Source: Octopus vulgaris | Lineage: Eukaryota | Direction: 5' to 3' | Assembly (NCBI GenBank): GCA_951406725.2 | Contig: OX597816.1 | Location: 110,608,001-110,672,000, forward strand | Length of the DNA: 64,000 bases | Shown: one piece after another, positions 53,866-64,000 of the stretch | Layout: every line of letters begins with the position of its first letter | How positions within the stretch are numbered: position 1 is the first letter of the stretch | Position numbers and translations under genes: made by a program | Notes under the pieces: generated by a model | Databases searched by the model: none | Told to the model about the DNA's origin: nothing | The model's input: the letters and a program-made list of their open reading frames with translations, nothing else

Positions 53866-54090
53866 ATGACAAAAATAGGTAACAAAGCCAATGCTGTGAG
53901 GAGTTTTCAGGACATTTATAAGGAAAGAAATACAGTCTTACAGCTGTTTCTGAGATATTATGGATTTCCCTTCATCAGAGGCGACTATGTGAGTGAGGTA
54001 AATATTCGAAATAAGGAATCATTATGGAAAAAGAGGAGATAGGGAAAATAGAGGGAAAATAAGAGCATGAAAGTAGAAATAACATATAAA
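53866..54090 (-). mobile_element. hammerhead-containing non-coding element, homolog of 4143..4360
   Basis: Colinear similarity on both sides of the ribozyme; 3' end abuts (TA)n. Confidence 0.6.
53935..53982 (-). ncRNA. minimal type I hammerhead ribozyme with canonical CUGAUGA/GAAA core
   Basis: gcct-CTGATGA-a(ggga aatccataata tctc)a-GAAA-cagctg-TA-agac. Confidence 0.75.
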
Positions 54091-55625
54091 GTATTGTAGT
54101 TGCAGTTACATTATTTGAAACGTCTGAAATGTCTGAACCACTCATCTACTTGTGTGCCGCTCCTTCACCCCTCTCCATACACTTCCTGAAATTTTGCATA
54201 GATCTATGAGCAGATATCACCGTCCAAACTTCTTTGCCATGGTCCATGCGAAGATCACACGCTACACACCTTCCTTCCAAGCACTACTGTAAATAGCGGA
54301 AGTGAGCTACAACGTTAAAACGTAGTGCACATGTACAGAATAGTTCATGGCCAATCTGTGCCAAACAGTGTCACTCTACGTGATTTAGCTTCGTTACTAT
54401 GGCGACAGTCTGGATACTTATTGATCAGACCTCGTATGTTGTAGAATTTTCACCAGCTACAATAACGAAATGGTGCTAACATACTTCCAGAAAAAAATTG
54501 GATTCACCTTACAATGTCATATGTTATCATGATACAGAGAATCGGAGGATTACATTTGGTATATTAGACGGAAAATATAATCAAAATCGGTTTCATTTTA
54601 ACACTATAAAATATATTTAATAAAATATCGATATCCCTTAATATTTCTTAAAATCTTGTCCCGCTGTGCCTCCATTTTCATTATACACTTTCGCATTGTC
54701 CTTACAATTCTTCAGCGAGTGCCTAATAATCATGATTGCTATTTTAAAATGTCGTGGAATGTGAGTATACTACTGGCCCTAATAATTAGTAGATGACCAG
54801 AAATAAAACTAATAATCCAATCAGGTAAATAAAGTATATTCAATGTTTATAGCATACTACTACTTTCTTTTGTAGGAAGAAATGTATTTCAGCTATACAC
54901 AGCATGCACATGGACGTAAACATCCATCGTGTTTGAATCTCTCCTTATGGTCATGGAAAAAAGTCAATTTACGCGTTTTCTACAGTTTATAAACGCTTAT
55001 TACATTCATATTATAACCTGGCATAAGAATAATATGAATTTCTATGAGAAAACATTTCTTACCGCAAGAAATTATAAATATCTTACTGCAGACTATCATG
55101 GAGAAATAATTTAGAAAATAACCAATGACGAGTATTGCATTTTGAAACATTTTCAAATATATAGCATATATTTGCTTTTCATAAAAAAAAAAACAACAAA
55201 GTTTTATTATTTTGGAAGTATACTACTCTATAGTTCAGAATCCATTATTACTGGAATTCGAATAATCTGTTATGGTGTCTTCATGAAGAAAATCTGGTTT
55301 CCTGTTCAAGCCTGAAACATCTTTAATCTTTTGCAAAATATCCCTCTCAGGCAGATCGTAAATTGGAATCAACGCACAGAATATGAATTTATCTTTACTT
55401 GTCAAGTATATGTCTACATTATCATTCCAAACTCTTTTCTTCTTTTCAGAATGTATATGTTTGTAGGTGGTTTCGTGTGGGTGTAATGTTGTAGGGTATC
55501 TATTAGAATATCAGCCCCTAGAAGTCATATCGGAGTCGGCATTGTACGTATGTGTGTGTGTGTGGTGGCAGTATTTATGAGGAATGAAGACTCAGTAGAA
55601 ATAATTCTGCATAAATATATGCATG

Positions 55626-55630
<5 letters not shown>

Positions 55631-55659
<29 letters not shown>

Positions 55660-55732
55660 TGTATGTATGTCTGTATGTATGTATGTATGTATGTATGTAT
55701 GTATGTATGTATGTATGTATGTATGTATGTAT
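55631..55732. repeat. (ATGT)n tetranucleotide microsatellite
   Basis: Direct reading. Confidence 0.95.
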
Positions 55733-55814
55733 TGATCAAAACTTTGATTTAGACACCTTGATCCTCTAACTTGCATTAATGTTATTGACTTATATTCATT
55801 GATATTCCTAATTC

Positions 55815-56027
55815 TAAGGCGGCGAGCTGGCAGTAGCGTTAGCACGGCGTGCAAAATGCTTCGCGGTATTGCATCTTTATTTACGTCCTGTGTTCAAATT
55901 CCGGCGACGTCAACCTTGTCTTTCATCCTTTCTGGATCGATAAGTTAAGTACCAGTAGCATACTGTGGTCGATCTAATCGACTGGCCCCTCCCCAAATAT
56001 TTCGGGCCTTGTGCCTAGAGTAGAAAA
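55815..56027 (+). mobile_element. Nin-domain tRNA SINE
   Basis: aaggcggcgagctggcag..gttcaaattcc..ctttcatcctttc..aagtaccag..gccttgtgcctagagtagaaa. Confidence 0.85.
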
Positions 56028-56029
56028 AT

Positions 56030-56595
56030 ACTTATTTCCTCTGGAAAAATGTTTCTTTAACCACATGAAGCCCTTGGCCACGTTGGTAGAAACCTCTAGG
56101 TTAAGCGAGTGGTTATACCAGGTTATTTTCGTTATCTTAATTCTCATGGTGTGAGGAGAGGGGTGTGTGGTTTGTCCATATACATGAGTTGCTCAGAAAA
56201 TCCGCTGCCAGGCAAACATCGTTGCAGAAGAGGCGGACCTATTAAAAGTCTCCATGTTGGCTGATAGTTTAGACACCAGCTTTCTAAAGCTTGAAACCAG
56301 GTTTCTAATTACAGCAGGGTTGGTATTTTGCTCTTGTGGATATAGAGCGTTTCTTCATTAGGCATCCGTAGGGTAGTATCTTCCCGTGTTCAGGTCAAAC
56401 GTTATGTCCAGTGAGGTTGGCAGTAACTGTTATGACAGGCTGAACTCTTTTTACCAAATCCTTCCTGAACGTATCCATGGTGTGGCTATTCATATGGCCA
56501 TCGTCCCTATAGAGGGTCGACCTATGTGGATGGGTACGTCTCGTGAGGGTATCCGAAATGTTTAAATAACGCAGCGTGCCAGATAGTCTGAATCA
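56030..56595 (-). mobile_element. Naiad-like Penelope RT/thumb fragment
   Basis: LDITFDLNTGRYYP..NPAVIRNLVSS..VSKLSANMETFNRSA..KITWYNHS..VSTNVAKGF..KHF. Confidence 0.7.
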
Positions 56596-56606
56596 AACTG
56601 TTTACA

Positions 56607-56659
<53 letters not shown>

Positions 56660-57212
56660 ACACACACACACATATATATATATATTCAGTCTACAATTGA
56701 AATCTAGAGATGCTCTATATGAAAATAAACACAGTAATTCTGAAAAGGTTTGAACTTAAACTCCCACATCTTTATCGAGAAAGAGATCCAAATGGTAAAG
56801 GTTGGCTACACGAGAAATCAAGGTGAGTTCATTAGTCTTGAAGATAAACAAAATTAGGCTTGATATCCATAAACATACATATATACCCGTAAACATGATT
56901 TTGTATAACGTAAAAACGCACAAAAACTTTTGTGTTTCGTAACTCCTTGTCACTTTCTCGTGAGTTTGTTAATTTCTCGTCACCGCTGTTGTAATCCAAC
57001 GTCGGACTGTTATAAAGTCCACGACTGTCTATGACCGACTTCTCCGACTACTCGACTTTCTACGTCACAGTATTTGTAATGAACCCTCACATACCACTCA
57101 TCACTTAGGAGAGGGGTTCCATTATTATTAGTAGTATTATCATTATTATTATTATTATGCCCATAACAGTGTGAGAGAGAAAGAGATAAAGGGAGGGAGA
57201 GAGCGTGTGTGC

Positions 57213-57253
<41 letters not shown>

Positions 57254-57871
57254 TTACTATATTTTTTTTATATATCGTGGGTATGTAATTATGTTATAGG
57301 TATGTGTGGTTGTATAAATGCATTGCACAGACTTCACTAACATTTTTTAATGAGGTTGAAATTTTAAAAAACGCGCTGTTTTGTAAATCAGCTCCTTACA
57401 TACCATTATTTAATGTTAGCTATTGTTATTTTCCTCCCTATACATACCGGTAACCACATGGCATAGATATCTCTTCCAAAAGTAAGAGATATCAACAGAG
57501 TCAGTATTTTTAATCTTAAATTTCCAAAATATGGATAAGCGAAGTAAACATTCCGCTGGGTATGATGCACGTTTTTTTTAGATGTAGTTGTCTTATAAAA
57601 TATACGTATTTAGTATGCAACCCATATACGCATGCTAGGAGAAACCTAGAGAAATATATAACTTGAGAAGTAAAGAATTTTATTGAATGAAATTGAGAAA
57701 CATATAGAGGAGGTTAAAACCCGATACCATGACAGCTTTCGATACCATAACGGCTTGCAGGCATAAATTTCAATCCTTCTTATTAATAACTGCATTCTTT
57801 CCCTCCAGATAAACTGAAATCTGATCGTTCAAAGAAGATTTCAACTCTAACTAGGATCTATTTCTTTAAAA

Positions 57872-58826
57872 AAGGACTAAATTTGACATTGTGGTGTTAT
57901 CAATTACTTGCGGGAAAAGGGTGTGGTTCCAATGAGATTCATGCTGACATGGTTGCTACATTAGGGAATGACGCTCCATCTCTATCAAGAGTGCGATAGT
58001 GAGTAGCTAAACATAGGTGGGATGGGAAAGCTTTGAAGATTACCCGAACAATGATCGTTCTGCACCTGCCACCGTCGATGAAAACATGTTTACCAGATGG
58101 TGATAGATGACAGGAAATTGACTTCAAATCAAATAGCCAACGCTATTAACATATTCCGTGAGACAGTTCAAAACATTTGGCACGATGTACTTCTCACGTA
58201 GTACATCGTGGAAACGAAGGTTTCTACTCGGTGAGTGCTACATCTTCTGACACCTGACTAAAAGCGCACCAGGCTGATCAGATCACGAGAATATCTGGCA
58301 TTGTTTGAGACAGATCCAGCTGGCTTCCTCGAACTTTTCCTAAGCCAGTATGAGTGCTAGCGTCATACAATTGTGCCAGAGACAAAGGACAATACATCAA
58401 AGGTGAGTACTATGCAATTACGAAAGTACTATCAAGAAGAAACGCCTAGGAAAACTGAAAAAAGTGTCTTGTTTCATCAGGCCCATGCTCCAGAACACAA
58501 GTCTTTGGTTTCAATGACTGATGTGCTAAAATGGGGCTTTGAACTGGTTGATAACCTTCTTGGTCTCATCTGACTATCATCTGTTCCCCAACATGAAAAA
58601 TACTTGGCTGGGTACCAGTATCGCAGTGATGATGACGTTGTATCCGCTGTTGATAACTTTTTGACCAACAATATGAAAACTACTTCACGAACGGCATCAA
58701 AATTCTGTAACATCAAGGGAAGATGTGTGTGGACCGCAGGAGAAGTAAGTTATAGAATACACCCCATTTGGTCATATTCTATGAGAGTATCTTGATCATC
58801 CTATGATGGGTTCAGCCGACCTTCGT
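57872..58826 (+). mobile_element. degraded mariner relic with 3' TIR remnant
   Basis: EIHADMVATLGNDAPS, LLTPD*KRTR, VLFHQAHAPEHKS, FELVD, YRSDDDVVSAVDNFL; ends ttcagccgaccttcg|ta. Confidence 0.75.
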
Positions 58827-59699
58827 ATATCTTTATGAAATTTCCTTTCTATCCTAAATCAAACAGTTTTAGAAAACTTTATTTCGCTGAATTTCAATCT
58901 TTTCAAAATATTTCTGGTTATGAAATGTTATGTCTGAAGAAAATATTTCTGCAGGAAATCAATATCATTAAGTGGATTGACGGACCGCAAGTCTTATTAG
59001 CACGTGATTCTATCTTCAATGAAGATTAAGTTGTCTTCTTCATGTTAGTGTTTCGATGAAATTCCAATTATATCCATGAAATTCTTTAAGCATAAATCAA
59101 GAATGAAAGTACCGACCCGAATGACTATATTGCATAACAGCTTATAGTATAGCTTCTTGCATCTAGACAAATTGATGTTGCGTAATCACTTAACATTCAC
59201 TACACGATCCACGGTGTTGGCACTTGACGTACAATACACAGAATTATTACTTATATTTTTGCAGCTCTTTCTTATCATTCATATCGTTAGCCCACTTCCA
59301 AATTTGCAAAATTTACGTTTTGATTATCATCAGAGATACTTCTACAGCTAAAGAGAATCAAGATTATAGTGCGTTGTAATAAATGCAAATAAGAACGGCT
59401 GGTAACAGGCAAAACTATGAAGGACTCTAGTGCAATAAAATGCCACTGTTGCGCATATAATCGATAATACACTTCCGCGTAAAAGTATATCACAGATCAA
59501 GACGAGACAGCAGCATTGACTTATTAAGTAAATCTCCATCAATTTGCCATCCGCGAGAATGCGATGAATTTCAAAGCTTTCATGTTGTACGTAATATGGT
59601 CTGGTCAAATGAATTTTCAAACAGCCTCAAAACTCCGAAAAGAATCCGACTCTCACGCAAACTGCTGCTGGGAAGAACCTTTTTCTCTTATACTTACTG

Positions 59700-60770
59700 T
59701 GCTTTTAACTTAGCATGTCCCTAAGAGAGTTTACGTGAGGATATTTACTGCAGTAATTTGTCAATTACCTGGATCAAAATCCCCAACCCGATTTCGTACC
59801 AGTTCTCCTATCGATGATTTTTAATTTCTAGAAGCGAATCCGTGCATTCGACCACAGTGAACGCAGCACACCACCAAATGTCTAATTCTGTTGGCATATC
59901 TGATATTTTAACATTCATGACCCACCGATCAAGGTATATGGGAAGAAGATCCTCGTGTTTGTAGTAGACCACTGAGTGTTTTTAGGCCACTGCTTCTGTG
60001 AGGGACTTTATTTTCACATAACCATGCTGTCCTCCTCGTGTGTGAGGAAATCAATATCAGTCCAAATGCCCTTCAAGCATTTTTCTACTTGGATGTATGG
60101 GGTATTGAACATTTTCCTCGTCTTTAGCGATACACATCTGTATACCATGGTCCTGCTAGACGTCTTCTCCATCAAATCTGAAGGGATAGCAAGCTTGGTT
60201 TTCCTATCCCCTCTCATGAGGAGTTTTTTTTTTCTGCTTCACTTAGGTACGCATGTTTTCCTTCTAGGGAGATTTGTTCCTGCAAAGGGGTAGTTTTTAT
60301 CGTTATTGTTATTCTTGGTATTTATGTTGTTCCTGCCGTTGTTGGTGTTAGTCGGACTGAAAGCGACGTTAGTGTTTGTGATGATGATCATATCGTTGAC
60401 CGAAGTAGTTGACCGAACGGGGACATCATTTGTATTGTAGCTATTTGACGGGAGAGAAAAATAAGCATATTTTTCTCTCCCGTCAAAGCTTTATTGTTGT
60501 TGTTACCGCTGTTGCCGTTTTTGTTGCTGTTATTTTTGTTGCTGTTCGTAATAATCGTGGCATAGGTGATGGCGATGGTAGTGGTGGGGTCGGAGCTGTT
60601 GTTTATTATTGTGATGGTCATCTTGTTTTGCCTGCTTGCTTGTCTAGTAGTCATGCTAACAGGCGAAGAACTGTCACTCGCTCTCATTTTTGTGGCAAGA
60701 CACTCCTCTGTTTCTCCCTTTCTCTCATTGACGACTGAAACTCCCTTGAAACTATTTTCTTGAGCAAAAT
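59700..60770 (-). mobile_element. ORF1/gag-like relic (third copy) with Asn/Thr-rich N-terminal region
   Basis: IPSDLMEKTSSRTMVYRCVSLKTRKM..VEKCL..LLPIYLDR..VKISDMPTELDIWW..ENWYEIGLGILIQ aligns with 11350..11840. Confidence 0.6.
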
Positions 60771-61079
60771 TCTAAATTTTTCCACGTGAAATATAAAATG
60801 GAATAAATTTGTTAAGTCTCCCAAGAGACAGGGGGACTTTTAACAAAAATAAATAAATAGATAAATAAGTAGCTCAACAGCAGAAGGAACCCTTCTACTC
60901 TATCCTGGTTGAAAATGACAGGAAAGCACCGATAGTTTACGAAGAAAGACATACGATATTCGAAAACAAAATACAGAAACGAGGTCAGGCGTTGCTTCCT
61001 TGGCTGACAGCTATAATAACAACAAAAAGAAACAATATAAATAATATTAATGATATCAATGATAATAACAACAACAATA

Positions 61080-61172
61080 GTAATAATAATAATGATAATC
61101 TGCAAAAAAAGAACGGGCAGAAACAAATTAAGGAGCGATGGATCCATAAGCCTCTGCATGGACAGTATACTT
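61080..61172 (+). mobile_element. short R4/Dong ORF fragment fused to an N element
   Basis: KQIKERWIHKPLHGQY. Confidence 0.6.
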
Positions 61173-61174
61173 CG

Positions 61175-61420
61175 AACAACACTTATTCAGGGACCTTTTC
61201 TGCGGGATGGGCTACTCTACCAGAAACAAATTTCCAACTGGGCCCCAACGCAAGGTCATGCACTGCTTATCTTGATATGAGATCACTATGTCGTGCACAT
61301 ATTGTTGTGATGCATGTGCCTAGTGTACCCTTATCAGACAGGTTGTCATGACGTGTATACTGGGCTTCGTATATTTTTATCCCAATGTCATTTTGATGGC
61401 AAGCACAGCTCTCACACTCA
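61175..61420 (+). mobile_element. N family element copy 4 (3' part)
   Basis: cttattcagggacctttt..gatggcaagcacagctctcacactc followed by a degenerate AAT tail. Confidence 0.8.
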
Positions 61421-61460
61421 ATACTGATGATAATAGCAATAACGATGACGACAACAGCAA

Positions 61461-61530
<70 letters not shown>

Positions 61531-61533
<3 letters not shown>

Positions 61534-61782
61534 TCCTATCATAGTAGGTGCATTAGGCATGATAAAAAAATATTCAGACAAATACATAACAAAAACACCA
61601 GGACTTACAAACACGTATAACATACAGAAAATTGCACTACTAGGCACTGCACACATCCTACGCAGAACACTTTCCATACAATAACCATCAGAGCATCACA
61701 ACAAATCACAGCACATACCCAAGGCACACAGAGCTGCGCTCGGTAGTGAAGTGAAAGCACGCTAAAAAAATTAAACTACTGA
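61531..61782 (+). mobile_element. R4/Dong family B copy 3, extreme 3' end
   Basis: IPIIVGALGMIKKY..ILRRTLSIQ* and a 3' UTR nearly identical to 17550..17798; (TAA)n both sides. Confidence 0.9.
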
Positions 61783-61809
61783 ATAATAATAATAATAATA
61801 ATAATAAAA

Positions 61810-62745
61810 TTATGCGTGCTGCAAAAGCTCATAGGGCTGTAAAGATCAGATGATCAAACGCCTAATTGGAGAAAAGGGCAAAAATGAAATGCACAGTGAG
61901 CACGTCAGACTGACTGAAGAGAAACCTCTGCATGACCAATTTTGGAGAGCCACTGAAGACGTATGTAGAACAAAATCCTGGGCTTTGTTAATAAACGTTC
62001 AAATAAAAAAGGAAGCAGAGAACCTAATTTTAGCAGCCCAAGATCAAACGATGAAAACAGACAACTTGAGCAAAAAATATATATGAGAATGTGTCAGAAA
62101 AATGTAGAGCCTGAGGAACTTGGAACGAGACAACTGCATCGTTGTGGAAGAATGCCCCAAGCTGGCACAAGAAGTATATAAGAAATGGAGGAATGTTTAA
62201 GTAGCAAATCCATACAGTGGAAACTGCGCCAGAAAGGGGGATTTGAAGCTAGAAACACATGGTATAATCATCGAGGCGAAGGAGTACTGGAGTCGGAGAA
62301 ATGTAAGATTTTGTTGGACTTCCCTATTCAAACGGACAAGAAATTGGAAAACATTCGACTAAAAATAATGGTTATAGATAAGGAAAAGCGAAGTTACTTA
62401 CTTACCGACCCATCATATCCATTTGATTTCAGGATCGTAAAGAAAGAGTAAGAAAGACAAATACAAAATTACAATCCCTTAAAATTTAAAATACCAAGAA
62501 TTAGGAGCATTTGAACAGTAAATGTCATGCCTATAACAATTGGTGCGTTGGAAACAGTAAACCAAGATATAGACAAATGGGTGAAGAAGAATGAAATAGA
62601 ATGCCCGGTAGAGATCCTACAGGTAATCTGTCTCTTAGGGACAGCAAGTGTTATCAGGAGGTTCCTAAGCACTTGAAAGATTGCTGAAAACTTGTGGATA
62701 TCTAAGGTTACTGCTAATATAACAGCAAATAACAGACATTTCGGA
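61810..62745 (+). mobile_element. R4/Dong 3' fragment, older family E
   Basis: EKPLHDQF..EAENLILAAQDQ, CPKLA, ILLDFPIQTD, MPITIGALE, LLGTASVIRRFL. Confidence 0.8.
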
Positions 62746-63299
62746 TGTGTACGAGCGAACTCCCTACGAAGAAAGATTAAATCTGTGATCAACGGCAAAC
62801 AAGATTTAAGAAAGAAAATTGTTTCTTAATGTAAATCATTTCAGGACGCCGAAATATTTCTTTCATATATGAAACATAGATGCTACCAGGAGCGTTGTCA
62901 CAGCATGACACGTGTGTGAAAATTTAAGCAACACGTAGAGTTGAGATATGTCTATGCAATAATTGAAACAATACACGAGAATGCGATGTCTCTACGGAAG
63001 AAAAATTTAGTACAAATACTCATAAATACAGTCTCATTTCTACACGTATGCACATAAATGTTATGTTTATGTAGTTCACACTCGCACTCGTACCTTCTAT
63101 ACATGAACAACACAACAAAGAACACATAGTGTTGAAGCAAATTGAAAGAGACAAATAATAATTACAATAAATATAAGATGCAACTCGTCTTATTTTAAAC
63201 AGAGAGAAAAAGTAAATGTGCTCGGTAATAAAAATTTTTAAACAAATAGCAGTGAATTTTTATCTATGAGTCTCAGACACTCACGATACAAAAATAATA

Positions 63300-64000
63300 T
63301 TATCACATGCCCAGAGACGGTGTTCTGCGAAAAAAGGTAGCCCTGAACAGGTAAACTCCTCTCCAAATGTCTCTGCTATAGCAAAAACCAAAACCAAAAG
63401 AGACCAGTGGACAAATGACTTCTACCTCGAAGTGCTATATGCATTTTACACTGCAAAACTATAACCGGGAAACACAGGGATAACAAGAGAAACACACCAA
63501 TCATGGGGAAGAATTAGAAATACTGATAGAAAGGGGAAAGTCTTAGAAAATACTCTTGCATATTTTCGGCGATATATCCTATGTGAGGGAAAAGTGCCCG
63601 AAGCAGAAATAGACAATCTAATAGATAAAATAAACATGGAAAATAAAAGAAAACATCTCATAACTCAAAAGAGTGGGCTGCAATCAAGCAAAAACAGTAC
63701 AGCAAACGTTATATCTACGAAAACGCATGATGTACCACAAAAGAAACAAGGAAGCACAACAGAGATAACACTGTACTCAGTAAATAAAAGGCTAAGCCAG
63801 TGAAAAATTTTCTACACAGCTACACAACCCAGAAATAAAGAGAACAGCAAAACAAATCAACAACACACACAAGCAGGTAAATACTAAAGCACAAAACAAC
63901 AACAAATAAAATAACACACACCATAACAGACCAGCTATAACCGAGTCCGGAGACAAACCGACTAAAGAAATAATAAAAATAGAAGAAGTAAACATCACAC
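63300..64000 (+). mobile_element. 5' end (Myb-like N-terminal region) of an R4/Dong-type element running off the window
   Basis: KRDQWTNDFYLEVLYAFYTA..W..ENTLAYFRRYIL..VPEAEIDNL matches the R4/Dong N-terminal pattern (KWT..YY..W..LA.Q.R.I...L...EL). Confidence 0.6.

Noticed and set aside
56902-57168. Possible solo LTR (TG..CA)
   Set aside because: No TSD and no second copy or internal domain in the window.
58181-58210. 11-bp inverted repeat cacgatgtact/agtacatcgtg
   Set aside because: Lies inside a decayed mariner; likely a local template-switch artefact.

Overview
AT-rich, microsatellite-dense eukaryotic DNA. The SINE families (tRNA head plus Nin-like domain GTCGACTTTGCCTTTCATCC...AAGTACCAG) and the repeat landscape point to an octopus or other coleoid cephalopod genome; this is inference, not a database match. 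I cannot assemble a host protein-coding gene; only a few weak isolated exon candidates exist. The window is dominated by transposable elements. (1) Three same-orientation trains of R4/Dong-clade non-LTR retrotransposon pieces sit in (TAA)n tracts, interleaved with four copies of a ~560-bp non-coding element that looks like their non-autonomous partner. (2) Several Penelope-like elements are present (a Neptune-like copy with RT and GIY-YIG, Naiad-like relics, 3' fragments), mostly in (TA)n or (CA)n, with recognisable hammerhead ribozymes. (3) There are three RTE-like LINE relics, one with an inverted endonuclease segment. (4) Three divergent ORF1/gag-like relics have no ORF2. (5) One TIR-complete mariner and two degraded ones are present. 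(6) There are two MITE-like inverted-repeat elements, Helitron-like ends and about 12 SINE copies. Most ORFs in the supplied track are microsatellite artefacts. Coordinates were read by eye and may be off by a few bases at degraded ends.
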